Counted from the stretch's first letter, positions 37,047-47,154 are shown. The stretch is DNA of 64,000 bases from an uncultured Candidatus Binatia bacterium (GCA_965215605.1 OZ244070.1:896001-960000); one strand, 5' to 3'. Notes: a model not told the origin generated them from the sequence alone. Program-made: numbers and translations.

Positions 37047-37526
37047 TCATGACGTGAAGTCTGTCTCGTACAGGTCGTAGTGCGACTTGTGCATGCCCAG
37101 ACTGTCGTAAGTCTGCTGGGCGCTGGTGTTCGTGCGCTCCACATAGAGCCGTATGCCGCAGACGTCGCCGCGGGCGCCCGCGAGGCTCAACACTTGGCCG
37201 TACATGGCGCGATAGACGCTCCGACGCCGCCAGCCGGCATCGACGAAAACGCTCTGGATCCACCAGAAGGTGGCGTTGCGCCAATCGCTCCACTCATAGG
37301 TGATGAGCAGGCTTCCGACGACCGGGCCGGTGCCGCCTTCGGCGGCGCCGGCAACGGCTACCAGGTAAAAGCCCTTCTGCGGCGCATCGAACACGGCGGC
37401 TATGCCCTGCAGCAACGTTGCCGCATCCAGCGTCTTGCCTTCCGTCTCCAGTGCCATCGCCTGCTGGAACGCTGCGATACGCTCTGCGTCTGCCAAGGTT
37501 GCATTCCGCACGCGTAGGTTGGTCAT
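37047..37526 (-). CDS. GNAT N-acetyltransferase
   Basis: TYEWSDWRN..WWIQSVFV...RRR, RLYVERTN..AQ.TY.SLG. Confidence 0.88.
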   Translation of the reverse strand: MTNLRVRNATLADAERIAAFQQAMALETEGKTLDAATLLQGIAAVFDAPQKGFYLVAVAGAAEGGTGPVVGSLLITYEWSDWRNATFWWIQSVFVDAGWRRRSVYRAMYGQVLSLAGARGDVCGIRLYVERTNTSAQQTYDSLGMHKSHYDLYETDFTS

Positions 37527-37539
37527 GGCTTTTGACCCC

Positions 37540-38202
37540 TCAATCCGCCTCCAACAGCGGCGCCAGCACGGCCCAGACATTGTCCAGCAGCAGCGGCTGC
37601 GCCCGGGCGCTGGGATGGATGCCGTCCCGCTGCATCATCTCCTCGTCGGTGGCGAACCCTTCGAGCAGGAACGGCACCAGCGCGGCGCCGGTCTCGGCCG
37701 CTACGTCCGGGTACATCCCGCGGAACGCTTCCGTGTAGCGCGGCCCCAGATTGGGCGGCATCTGCATGCCGGCCAGCACCGGCTTTGCGCCGGCGGCGAG
37801 GACGGCCTCGGTCATGGCCAGCAGGTTGGCGCGGATGGAGGTTACCGGGTAGCCGCGCAGGCCGTCGTTTCCGCCCAGCTCGATGATGACGATATCGGGT
37901 CTGTGGACCGCCATCGTCTTGGGCAGGCGGGCCAGCCCGCCCACGGTGGTGTCGCCGCTGATGCTGGCGTTGACCACGTGATGGCGCGGGCCCAATCGCT
38001 GCCGCAGCAATTGCACCCAGCCGGGCTCGCCGTTCTCGGTTTGAAGTCCGTACGCGGCGCTGATACTGTCGCCTATGACCAAGACGGTCTTGCCGGCATC
38101 CGCCGCCGGCTGGCCGCCCGCGGCGAGGGCCGCCAGGACCAGCAAGCTCCGCAACCACCTTTTCCGGGAAACCCGCCGCCGTCTAATCTGGAAGCGCTTC
38201 AT
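37540..38202 (-). CDS. tesA: Arylesterase / acyl-CoA thioesterase I (SGNH/GDSL)
   Basis: GDSIS, NASISGDTT, ELGGNDGLRG, DGIHP, signal peptide. Start uncertain. Confidence 0.87.
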   Translation of the reverse strand: MKRFQIRRRRVSRKRWLRSLLVLAALAAGGQPAADAGKTVLVIGDSISAAYGLQTENGEPGWVQLLRQRLGPRHHVVNASISGDTTVGGLARLPKTMAVHRPDIVIIELGGNDGLRGYPVTSIRANLLAMTEAVLAAGAKPVLAGMQMPPNLGPRYTEAFRGMYPDVAAETGAALVPFLLEGFATDEEMMQRDGIHPSARAQPLLLDNVWAVLAPLLEAD

Positions 38203-38218
38203 GTCGGGATACAGCCTC

Positions 38219-38908
38219 ATGCCGGAATGCATATTGCGAGCCAGCGCCGTGGTCAAGCGGGTACCCACCGCCGAGGGTGAGCTGACCATCCTGGACAGCA
38301 TCGATCTCGCCGTCGACGCCGGCGCGCGGGTAGCGGTGGTGGGTGAATCCGGCTCCGGCAAGACCACCCTGTTGAGCATCCTCGCGGGCCTCGATCTTCC
38401 CACCAGCGGGGGCGTGTGGCTCGACGGCGACGAGATCACCGCGCTGGACGAAGAGCAGCGCGCCCGCGTGCGCGCGCGTTGCGTGGGCTTCGTGTTCCAG
38501 TCCTTTCAACTCATCGACAGCCTGACCGCGCTGGAGAACGTGATGCTGCCCTTGGAGCTGCGCGGCGAACGGCGCGCGCGCGACGAGGCCAGGGATTTCC
38601 TGGAACGCGTGGGCCTCTCCGCGCGGACCACACACTACCCGCGCCAACTGTCAGGCGGGGAGCAGCAACGCGTGGCCATCGCGCGCGCGTTCGCATCCGG
38701 CCCGAAGGTGCTGTTCGTGGACGAGCCCACCGGCAACCTCGACACCGCCACCGGCGCCAGGATCGTAGAACTGCTGTTCGATCTGAACCAGGAGGCGGGG
38801 ACCACGCTGGTCATGGTGACCCACGATGCCGCCCTCGCCGGCCGGTGCGCCGACGTCGTCACCCTGCACGCCGGCCGCATGCGGCTTCCGGGGGAGCCCG
38901 CGCCATGA
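38219..38908 (+). CDS. ybbA: ABC transporter ATP-binding protein
   Basis: GESGSGKT, LSGGEQQRV, DEPTGNLD. Divergent from tesA. Confidence 0.87.
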   Translation: MPECILRASAVVKRVPTAEGELTILDSIDLAVDAGARVAVVGESGSGKTTLLSILAGLDLPTSGGVWLDGDEITALDEEQRARVRARCVGFVFQSFQLIDSLTALENVMLPLELRGERRARDEARDFLERVGLSARTTHYPRQLSGGEQQRVAIARAFASGPKVLFVDEPTGNLDTATGARIVELLFDLNQEAGTTLVMVTHDAALAGRCADVVTLHAGRMRLPGEPAP

Positions 38909-41421
38909 CCCTGCGGCTGGCGCTGCGTTTCGCGGCGCGCGACTGGCGCGCCGGGGAGTTGCGCCTGCTGCTGGCGGCGCTGGTCCTGGCGGTGGGTGCG
39001 GTCACCGCCGTGAGCCTGTTCGTCGACCGCCTGCAGCGAGCGCTGGTGGCCGAGTCGGCGACGCTCCTGGGCGCCGACCGCGTCATCGATTCTTCGCGGG
39101 CGATCCCCCAACGTTTCCGCGAGCTCGCGGCCGCGCGCGGGCTCGCCCTGGCGGACCTGATCCGTTTTCCCTCCATGGTGTTCGCGGCCGGCTCGGACCG
39201 CAGCCTGCTCGCCAGTGTCAAGGCGGTGACCGATGGCTATCCCCTGCGCGGCAGCCTGCGGGTGGCGGACCAACCGTTCGCCGGCGGCCGGCGCGCCGAC
39301 GGGCTGCCCGCCCGCGGCGAAGTGTGGCTGGAGTCGCGCCTGTTCCCGGCGCTGGGCGTCAAGGTGGGGGACACGGTGTCCGTCGGCTATGCGCAGTTCA
39401 CCGTGGCGGCCGTACTGGCGTCGGAACCGGACCGCGGCGGCGGCTTCCTGGAATTCGCGCCACGTCTCCTGATGCGCGCCGAGGACGTGCCGGCCACCCG
39501 TGTGATACAGCCCGGCAGCCGGATCCGCTACCGCCTTCAGTTGGCGGGCGACGACGACGGGCTGCGGTCCCTCCACGGCGCCATCCGTGACGAGTTGGCC
39601 CCGGGCTACCGCTGGCGCGACGTCCGCGGCGCCAACGCCCGTATCCGCAACGCCCTGGAACGCTCCGAAAGCTTCCTGCTGCTGGGCGGCCTGCTGACCG
39701 TGCTCTTGGCGGGCGTTGCCGTGGCTCTGAGCGCCCATCGCTACGCACGAAGACACTACGACCACGTGGCGGTGCTGAAAACCCTGGGGGCCACCCCCGG
39801 GGAGATCCAGAGGGGCTATACCCTGGTGCTCCTGATCATCGGCGCCGCCGGCGCCGGCGCTGGCCTGGCCTTCGGCGGCCTGGCCCATCTCGGCATCATT
39901 GCGGCGCTCCGGGGATTTCTCCCGGTGTCGCTGCCGGCGCCGGGGGCCTGGCCGGCATGGATGGGGCTTTTGACCGGCTTCATCTGCGTGCTCGCCTTCG
40001 GCCTGCCGCCGCTGCTGGGCCTGCGCCGCGTTTCGCCCATGCGCGTCATCCGCCGGGACCTGGCGCCGGACGCGGCCTCGGCGATGACCTACGGCTTCGC
40101 CACTGCCGGCGGCGTGGGGCTCCTGATCTGGTATAGCGGAAATGCCGCCCTCACGGCCTGGGCGCTGGGGGGCGCCGTGGCGACGGTGGCCGTATTCGGC
40201 GGTCTCGCCCTGATGCTGCTGCGGGGGGGTCGCGCCGTGGGCATGCAGGCCGGCAGCGTCTGGCGGCTGGCCCTCGCCGGCCTGCATCGCCGCCATCGCG
40301 AGAACGTCGCGCAGGTGGTGATCTTCGGCGCCGCCATCATGCTGCTGCTCATCATGGTGCTGGTGCGCACGGCGCTGATCGACGAATGGCGGGCGCGGAT
40401 TCCGGAACGCGCCCCCAACCACTTCGTGATGAACGTGGCGCCGGCCGAGGCGGGTCCCGTGCAGGCCATGCTGGCGGCCCGCACCGGCTACGACGGCAGG
40501 CTGTTCCCCATGATCCGCGGACGGATCACCTCGGTGAACGGCATCGCGGCCGACGCGTGGGAACGGCGGCGGGGCGAGGGCCCGGACGGGCGGCCGGAAC
40601 GCGGAGGCCGGGGCCGTCCCGGAATCCGGCGCGAACGCAACCTGACGTTCCTGGCGGACGTGCCCGACCACAACGTGGTGGTGGACGGCGCTTGGTGGTC
40701 CGCCGGAGCCGCGCCCTCGGCATCGCTGGAGGAGGACTACGCGGCATCCCTCGGACTGGCGGTGGGCGACTCCCTGACCTTCGATGTCGGCGGCCTGCCG
40801 CTGACCGCCGCCGTCACCAATACCCGGCGCGTCCAGTGGGACAGCCTGCAGCCGAATTTCTTCATCATCCTGTCGCCGGGAGCCCTCGAAGGCCAGCCCG
40901 CCACCTACATGACCAGCTTCTACCTGCCGCCGGAGCGCAAGCCGTTCCTCAACGACCTGCTTTCGAACTACCCCACCGTATCGGTCATCGACGTCGACCA
41001 GATCATTGCGCACCTGCGCCGCATCATCGCGCGGGTCGCCCAGGCCGTGGAGCTGATGCTGGCGCTCGTTCTGTGCGCGGGGGTGCTGGTGTTGATCGCG
41101 TCCATCCAGTCGAGCCGGGACTCGCGGCTGAAGGAGCTGTCGCTGCTGCGCGCCCTGGGCGGGACTCGCCGGCGTATCACCGGCGCGCTGGTGATCGAGT
41201 TCGCGGCCCTCGGTCTATTCGCGGGCACCGTCGCCGTCATCGGCGCGGAGATCACGACCTTCATCCTCAACAGCCAGGTATTCGATCTCCCGACCAGATT
41301 GCACCCCCGCCTCTGGGCCGCGGGGCCGCTGTTCGGCATGCTGGTGGTCACCGCCGTCGGCTACCTCGGCACCCGCGGGCTCGTCCATGCGCCGCCGGCC
41401 ACGGTGCTGCGCGAGGTCTGA
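38905..41421 (+). CDS. ybbP: ABC transporter permease (FtsX-like, duplicated)
   Basis: RDWRAGELRLL N-terminus, YPLRG, APNHF, LRALG. ATGA overlap with ybbA. Confidence 0.87.
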   Translation: MTLRLALRFAARDWRAGELRLLLAALVLAVGAVTAVSLFVDRLQRALVAESATLLGADRVIDSSRAIPQRFRELAAARGLALADLIRFPSMVFAAGSDRSLLASVKAVTDGYPLRGSLRVADQPFAGGRRADGLPARGEVWLESRLFPALGVKVGDTVSVGYAQFTVAAVLASEPDRGGGFLEFAPRLLMRAEDVPATRVIQPGSRIRYRLQLAGDDDGLRSLHGAIRDELAPGYRWRDVRGANARIRNALERSESFLLLGGLLTVLLAGVAVALSAHRYARRHYDHVAVLKTLGATPGEIQRGYTLVLLIIGAAGAGAGLAFGGLAHLGIIAALRGFLPVSLPAPGAWPAWMGLLTGFICVLAFGLPPLLGLRRVSPMRVIRRDLAPDAASAMTYGFATAGGVGLLIWYSGNAALTAWALGGAVATVAVFGGLALMLLRGGRAVGMQAGSVWRLALAGLHRRHRENVAQVVIFGAAIMLLLIMVLVRTALIDEWRARIPERAPNHFVMNVAPAEAGPVQAMLAARTGYDGRLFPMIRGRITSVNGIAADAWERRRGEGPDGRPERGGRGRPGIRRERNLTFLADVPDHNVVVDGAWWSAGAAPSASLEEDYAASLGLAVGDSLTFDVGGLPLTAAVTNTRRVQWDSLQPNFFIILSPGALEGQPATYMTSFYLPPERKPFLNDLLSNYPTVSVIDVDQIIAHLRRIIARVAQAVELMLALVLCAGVLVLIASIQSSRDSRLKELSLLRALGGTRRRITGALVIEFAALGLFAGTVAVIGAEITTFILNSQVFDLPTRLHPRLWAAGPLFGMLVVTAVGYLGTRGLVHAPPATVLREV

Positions 41422-41470
41422 CCGCCACTCCCGCGCGATCGATCCTGGCACGCGGCGGGGCGGGTTGCCG

Positions 41471-41517
41471 GTGTCGTGTCCGGCAAATTCCTGTGATAAG
41501 TTGCGCAGGATTTTTTT
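41471..41517 (+). repeat. Degenerate arm of the MITE-like repeat
   Basis: GTGTCGTGTCCGGCAAATTCCTGTGATAAGTTGCGCAGGATTTTTT aligns without gaps to the reverse complement of about 12415-12460. Confidence 0.65.
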
Positions 41518-41529
41518 AGGAGTACGACC

Positions 41530-41931
41530 ATGATTGAACCACGAACGGCTCGAATTTTCCGCGGACTCGCGATCTGTTTCTGGCTGCTGGCGATCTCGAA
41601 CTTCTCCAAACCTCTTCAACTGAGCGAGCACAGCGGTCTCGTTCTGTTCGGGACCCGCTTGACGGGCGGTGACGCCGTGTTGTGGAGCGTCGTGTTCGGC
41701 CTCTACCTGGCGGTCTACGGCCTGGGAGTTTGGCGCATGAAACGCATCGTGATCGGGATGGCCCACGCCTACGCGCTCTACGTGGTCGTGAATCTGTTCC
41801 TGTACTGGACCAACAACCCGCCGCCGTCGGGCGCCGACGTGATACTGGCGGTGCTGTACTCCCTGGTCGCCGTGGGCGTGTCCGCGGGTTCGGCGGTGCT
41901 GCTGAGCCTGCACCGGAAGGAACTGGGATAG
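41530..41931 (+). CDS. Small 4-TM membrane protein, unknown function
   Basis: Hydrophobic helices, AGGAG RBS, backbone-like codon usage. Confidence 0.75.
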   Translation: MIEPRTARIFRGLAICFWLLAISNFSKPLQLSEHSGLVLFGTRLTGGDAVLWSVVFGLYLAVYGLGVWRMKRIVIGMAHAYALYVVVNLFLYWTNNPPPSGADVILAVLYSLVAVGVSAGSAVLLSLHRKELG

Positions 41932-41971
41932 AATCTCCCGGTTGATTGTACCGTGTTCGAGGAGGGCATCC

Positions 41972-42826
41972 GTGCCGACCATCACCGCGTCCGACGGCAC
42001 CCGTCTCTACTATGAAGCGTCGGGGCGGGGCGTCCCCATCGTGTTCGTCCACGAGTTCGCCGGCGACCACCGGAGCTTCGAGCCACAGGTGCGTTTCTTC
42101 TCGCGCTCCAACCGCTGCATCGCCTTCGACGCCCGCGGCTACCTGCCGTCCGACGTGCCCGAGGCTCCCGAGGCCTACAGCCAGGACAGCGCCCGGGACG
42201 ACGTGGTGGCGGTGCTCGACGGGCTCGGGCTCGACAAGGCGCACATCGTCGGGCACTCCATGGGCGCCTATACCGCGCTCCACGTGGCCATCCACCATCC
42301 CGGGCGTTGCCTGTCCTTGGCCGCCATCGGCTGCGGTTGGGGTTCGAACCCCGCCGAACGCGAGGAGCGCGCCGCCATGTGCGCGGACATCGCGCGCATG
42401 TTCCGCGAGGAACCCATGACGCAGGCCGCGGCCCAGTACGCCCGCTACCCCATGCGCAGGCCCTTCGAATCCAAGGACCCGCGAGGCTTCGCCGAATTCG
42501 AGAAGACGCTCGCGGACCATTCGCCCATGGGACTGGCCCTCACCATGTCCCAGGTCCAGGGCCTGCGCCCCACGCTGTGGGATTTGGAGAAACCCTTGTC
42601 GCGTCTCGACGTTCCGCTGCTGGTCATGGTCGGTGACGAGGACGACCCGTGCGTGGACGGCAGCCTGTTTCTCAAACGCACCGCGCCCACGGCCGCCTTG
42701 GTGGTGGTACCGCGCTCGGGCCATACCCTGACCCTGGAAGAACCCACCGCCGTCAACGCCGCCCTGGCGGAGTTGTTCAGCGCCGTCGCCGACGGCTCGT
42801 GGATGGCGCATCGGAGGGAGAGGTGA
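41972..42826 (+). CDS. Alpha/beta hydrolase
   Basis: VFVHEFAGD, ARGY, GHSMGA, SGH. Confidence 0.88.
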   Translation: MPTITASDGTRLYYEASGRGVPIVFVHEFAGDHRSFEPQVRFFSRSNRCIAFDARGYLPSDVPEAPEAYSQDSARDDVVAVLDGLGLDKAHIVGHSMGAYTALHVAIHHPGRCLSLAAIGCGWGSNPAEREERAAMCADIARMFREEPMTQAAAQYARYPMRRPFESKDPRGFAEFEKTLADHSPMGLALTMSQVQGLRPTLWDLEKPLSRLDVPLLVMVGDEDDPCVDGSLFLKRTAPTAALVVVPRSGHTLTLEEPTAVNAALAELFSAVADGSWMAHRRER

Positions 42827-43617
42827 GCGACGTGACGTTGGCCGGGGGAGCCATGCGGCTCTCCGCTGCCGGGGGCGTCGCCGAGCTGCGGCTTTGCAGC
42901 GGCGAAAGCCGCAACGCGCTTTCCTCGGCCATGTGGACCGAACTGCGGCGCTTCGCCAAGGACGTCGCCCATGATCGCGACACCCGCGTGCTCCTGCTGG
43001 CCGGCGACGACACGGTTTTCTCGTCCGGCGCCGATATCCGGGAGTTCGCGAGCCTTCGGGCCCCGGGCGCCACCCGTGCCTACGACGACCTGGTGGAGAG
43101 CGCCCTGCGCGCGCTGGAGGCGGTGCCGCAGCCGACCCTGGCCTGCATCGCCGGCCCATGCGTCGGCGCCGGAGCGTCGCTGGCGTGCGCGTGCGACCTG
43201 CGCATCGCCGCGGAGGACGCTTGGTTCATGGTGCCCGCGGCGCGCCTGGGGCTCGGTTACGACCCGCGCGGCATTGCCCGCTTCGTGCGGGCGTTCGGGG
43301 ACTCCGCAGCCCGAGGACTGCTGCTGGGCGCCCAGCGCTGCGAGGCGCGCACGGCCCACGCCCAGGGAGTTGTGCATCGCCTGGTCAAGCCCGGCACCGT
43401 GATCGAAGAAGGCCGGCGCTTGGCCCGCGCCATGGCCGGGAACGCGCCGTTGACCGTGCAAGCGGCCAAGGCCGCGCTCGAGGCCCTGGCGCGGGGAGAG
43501 GACGGCGGCAGCGAAGCGCTCCGCCGGCGTGCCCTCGACGCGGATGCCAGCGCGGACTATGCCGAGGGCTTGGCGGCATTCGGGGAAAATCGCAAGCCCG
43601 AGTTCCGGGGCCGCTGA
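42823..43617 (+). CDS. Enoyl-CoA hydratase/isomerase family protein
   Basis: RNALS, FSSGADI, ACACDLRIA, DYAEGLAAF.ENRKPEF. Confidence 0.88.
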   Translation: MSDVTLAGGAMRLSAAGGVAELRLCSGESRNALSSAMWTELRRFAKDVAHDRDTRVLLLAGDDTVFSSGADIREFASLRAPGATRAYDDLVESALRALEAVPQPTLACIAGPCVGAGASLACACDLRIAAEDAWFMVPAARLGLGYDPRGIARFVRAFGDSAARGLLLGAQRCEARTAHAQGVVHRLVKPGTVIEEGRRLARAMAGNAPLTVQAAKAALEALARGEDGGSEALRRRALDADASADYAEGLAAFGENRKPEFRGR

Positions 43618-43622
43618 CCGGC

Positions 43623-43739
43623 CTATCGAGCCACTGCCTTGTTTGGAAGTCTCAACAGAATCGTCTTGATGTCGTTGCGGATGATCTTCAACTCACCGTC
43701 GATGCGCTCAAACCTGGCATCGATCGCTTCGAACCTCGC
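43623..43739 (-). pseudogene. 3' remnant of a heptad-repeat coiled-coil protein gene
   Basis: Manual translation ARFEAIDARFERIDGELKIIRNDIKTILLRLPNKAVAR*. In-frame stop upstream and no start codon. Confidence 0.5.
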
Positions 43740-43778
43740 AAGATCGGGCGGTCAATTACTTTCTTTAGAGGGCAGACC

Positions 43779-45299
43779 ATGACGAGCGGCAATCTCATTC
43801 ACGCCCTGTACGGCCACCGTAGGAGTCTCGACCCGGCCTTCGTCTTGCCGGATGGCCCTTCCCTATCTACGGGCGAGGTCTTGGCGGCCATCGACAAGGC
43901 CGCCGCCGCCCTGACAGCCTGCGGCGTCAAGGCGGGCGACCGGGTCTCGGTCAGAGTCGGGAAATGCGTCGAGGCCGTGTTTCTCGCCCATGCCTGTTTC
44001 AAGACGGGTGCCATCCTCCACCCCATGAACACCGCCTATACGCCGCGGGAGGTGGAGGCTCTGCTGGCGGACGCTCGACCCGCTCTGTTCGTCTGCGACC
44101 CCGACGAAATAGCGACGTTCGGGGCCGCGGCAACACGGCACGGTTTCCGGATGGAGGGGCTCCGCGGCAGCGGGGGCTCCTTTGGCGATCTGGTCCGCGC
44201 ATCCGGCACCGGAGCGGAGGCGGTGGAGTTGCCCGACGACGCGCCGGCGGCGCTGCTCTACACGTCCGGCACCACCGGCCGGCCCAAGGGCGCCCTCATC
44301 ACCCACGGAAACCTGACCGCCAGCGCCAGGGCGCTGGTGGAGGTGTGGCGATTGGGCGGCGAGGACGTCCTCTTGCACGCCCTGCCGGCCTATCACGCCC
44401 ACGGACTCCTCACCGCCATCAACGTCTTGCTGACGGCGGGCGGCGCCATCTGCTTCGTCCCCCGGTTCGAGGCCGAAGCGGTGCTCCGGGAGTTGCCTCG
44501 CTGCACCGTCATGATGGGGGTGCCGACTCACTACGCGCGGCTATTGAAGGAACCGGGCCTGCGCGAAGCCGTGACGGGAGCGTTTCGCCTGGCCATCTCC
44601 GGCTCGGCGCCGTTGCCGCCGGACATCGCGCACCGGTTCCGGCAGGTGACGGGCATGGAGATCATCGAGCGATACGGCTCCACCGAAGCCGCCATCATCA
44701 CCGCGGTCCCACCCGGCACCGCCGGACGGCGCGGCTGGGTGGGCTGGCCGCTGCCGGGGGTGTGCGTGCGGGTGGCCAACGAGGACGGGCGCTTCGAATC
44801 CGCCGCCACCGGCGTGCTGGAGACCCGCGGCCACAACGTCTGCGCCGGCTACTGGAACCGGCCCGAGGAACGGGCGTTTGCCGACGACGGTTGGTTCGTG
44901 ACCGGCGATGTGGCGGAGATCGACGATGAGGGATGCGTCCGCATCCTGGGACGGGAGACCGACGTCGTGATCTCCGGCGGGCTGAACGTCTACCCCAAGG
45001 AGGTGGAAGACGCCCTGGACCGTGCCTCGGGCGTCGCCGGGTCCGCCGTCTTCGGCGTGCCCCACCCGGATTTCGGGGAAGCCGTCGTGGCGGTGGTGGA
45101 GTACCCGGTGCCCGCATCGTTCGACGAAAGCGCGTGCATCGGCTATCTCAAGACCGAGTTGGCGCCGTACAAGGTGCCCAAGCGGATCATCGCGGCGGAC
45201 TCCATCCCGCGCAACGACCTCGGCAAGGTGGCCAAGGCGGCCTTGCGCAAGGCTCACGGCGGCCTGTTCGCGGCGGAAAAGGAACGCAAGGCGGACTGA
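43779..45299 (+). CDS. Acyl-CoA synthetase (malonyl-CoA synthetase MatB-like)
   Basis: YTSGTTGRPKG, ERYGSTE, TGD, ISGGLNVYPKEVE, YKVPK. Confidence 0.88.
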   Translation: MTSGNLIHALYGHRRSLDPAFVLPDGPSLSTGEVLAAIDKAAAALTACGVKAGDRVSVRVGKCVEAVFLAHACFKTGAILHPMNTAYTPREVEALLADARPALFVCDPDEIATFGAAATRHGFRMEGLRGSGGSFGDLVRASGTGAEAVELPDDAPAALLYTSGTTGRPKGALITHGNLTASARALVEVWRLGGEDVLLHALPAYHAHGLLTAINVLLTAGGAICFVPRFEAEAVLRELPRCTVMMGVPTHYARLLKEPGLREAVTGAFRLAISGSAPLPPDIAHRFRQVTGMEIIERYGSTEAAIITAVPPGTAGRRGWVGWPLPGVCVRVANEDGRFESAATGVLETRGHNVCAGYWNRPEERAFADDGWFVTGDVAEIDDEGCVRILGRETDVVISGGLNVYPKEVEDALDRASGVAGSAVFGVPHPDFGEAVVAVVEYPVPASFDESACIGYLKTELAPYKVPKRIIAADSIPRNDLGKVAKAALRKAHGGLFAAEKERKAD

Positions 45300-45312
45300 C
45301 GGGAGAAGGCAC

Positions 45313-46125
45313 ATGGACCTGGAGCTTCAGGGCAAGACGGCCGTCGTCACCGGCGGCAGCGAGGGCATCGGCAAGGCCATCGTGGCGGCGTTGGCGCGGG
45401 AAGGCGTAGACGTGGCCCTGTGCGCGCGTCGGGCGGGGCCGCTGGAAGAGACCGCCGGGGCGGTGGCAAGCGCCACCGGCCGGAAGATCGTCCCCATCAC
45501 CGCGGACCTGACCCGGGACGAGGATGCCCGCCGGTTCATCCAGGCCGCTGCGCAGGCGTTGGGGCGCATCGACATCCTGGTGAACAACGCGGGCGCCGCG
45601 CCGGGCGGGGTCATCGAGAACCTGACGGAGGACGACTGGGCGCTGGCGCTGCAGCTCAAGTTCATGGGGTACGTCCGCTGCATGCGCTACGCGCTCCCCA
45701 TCATGCGGAAGCAGGGCGGCGGGCGCGTGGTGAACCTCATCGGCAACGACGGCGTCAAGACCTCCTACTGGGAAGTGGCGCCGGGGGCGGCCAACGCCGC
45801 CGGGCAGAACCTGACCAAGTCCCTCGCCGGCCAGTACGGCAAGCACGGCATCAGTTTCGCGGCGGTGAATCCGGGTCCGGTCCGCACCGAACGCTGGGTT
45901 GGCCTGGTGGAGGCCATGTCCCGGGACATGGACCTCCCCTACGAGGTCGCCGACCAGTTGGCCCCCCGGTCCATCCCCCTGGGGCGGATTGCGGAACCCC
46001 ATGAAGTAGCCAACCTCGTCGTCATGCTGGCGTCACCGCTGATGCACTTCGTCAACGGCACGATGATCGAGATCGACGGGGGCCAGGAAAAGGCCCTGAT
46101 GGACCGTTCCCGTGACCGCCGTTGA
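45313..46125 (+). CDS. SDR family oxidoreductase
   Basis: TGGSEGIG, LVNNAG, VNPG, IDGG. Confidence 0.9.
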   Translation: MDLELQGKTAVVTGGSEGIGKAIVAALAREGVDVALCARRAGPLEETAGAVASATGRKIVPITADLTRDEDARRFIQAAAQALGRIDILVNNAGAAPGGVIENLTEDDWALALQLKFMGYVRCMRYALPIMRKQGGGRVVNLIGNDGVKTSYWEVAPGAANAAGQNLTKSLAGQYGKHGISFAAVNPGPVRTERWVGLVEAMSRDMDLPYEVADQLAPRSIPLGRIAEPHEVANLVVMLASPLMHFVNGTMIEIDGGQEKALMDRSRDRR

Positions 46126-47110
46126 CGTCCACGCGCATTTCGTCCCGCCGGCGGTGCTGGACACCCTGGCGGCGAGGGGCGGGGAACTCGGCATCACCCT
46201 GGTAGAAAGGGCTGCCGGCGCCCGTTGCTGCCGGTTCGACGACGGCCTCGAGGTGCGTCCCTTCCTTCCCGGGCTGCTGGACCTGGACGCACGGCTGGCG
46301 GAGATGGACGGACAACGGGTGGGGCGGCAAATCCTCTCGGTATGGACCGACATCTTCGGCTACGGCCTCGACGGCGTCCGCTGCGACACTTGGCACCGCG
46401 TCCTGAACGACAGCATCGCCGAGCTGTGCGCGGCCCGTCCGGAGCGGTTCTCCTGGATGGCGTCCGCGCCGCTGGTCGACGCCGCGGCGGCGGCGCGGGA
46501 GCTCGAGCGCTGCGCCGGCAACGGCGCGACGGGCGTGATCGTCACCGCCAACGTCCACGGCAGGAACCTGGGCGAAGTGCCGCTGGACGAATTCTGGAGC
46601 GCCTGCGAGGCTCTGGACGTGCCGGTGTTCGTGCACCCTTCCCTGCCCCAGCCGCTGCCCCGGGCGGAGAAGTTCAGCCTCAACCAGACCTGCGCCTACA
46701 CCATGGACACGACCCTGGCGGTGGGCTCCATGATCCTGAGCGGCACCCTCGACCGCTTCCCAAGACTGCGCCTCCTGCTGTCACACGGGGGCGGGAACCT
46801 GCCCTACCTCATCGGCCGCTTCGACCGCATGCACGACGCCGCGGACCGGAGCGTCACCGGAGACCAGGCCGCGCATGCGCCCAGCGCCTACCTGCGCCGC
46901 TTTCTCTACGACAGCATCGTGCACAGCCGCGAAGCGCTGCTGTTTCTCCGGGACCTGGTGGGCCTCGAACGCATCCTGCTCGGCGGCGACGCGCCGTTCC
47001 CGCCGGGCGACCCCGACCCCCTAGGCGGACTCGAAAAAGCCGGTCTGGACCGGCAGTCCATCCAGACGATTGCCGTAACCAACCCGGCGAGAGAGTACCG
47101 ACTTTCCTGA
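46112..47110 (+). CDS. Amidohydrolase family protein (ACMSD-like decarboxylase)
   Basis: VDVHAHF, VFVHP, SHGGGNLPY, GGDAPF. Confidence 0.87.
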   Translation: MTAVDVHAHFVPPAVLDTLAARGGELGITLVERAAGARCCRFDDGLEVRPFLPGLLDLDARLAEMDGQRVGRQILSVWTDIFGYGLDGVRCDTWHRVLNDSIAELCAARPERFSWMASAPLVDAAAAARELERCAGNGATGVIVTANVHGRNLGEVPLDEFWSACEALDVPVFVHPSLPQPLPRAEKFSLNQTCAYTMDTTLAVGSMILSGTLDRFPRLRLLLSHGGGNLPYLIGRFDRMHDAADRSVTGDQAAHAPSAYLRRFLYDSIVHSREALLFLRDLVGLERILLGGDAPFPPGDPDPLGGLEKAGLDRQSIQTIAVTNPAREYRLS

Positions 47111-47154
47111 GCGCCGCGCCGGAATATCCGCCGTCGCCCGCCGCCGGAGCGCCC

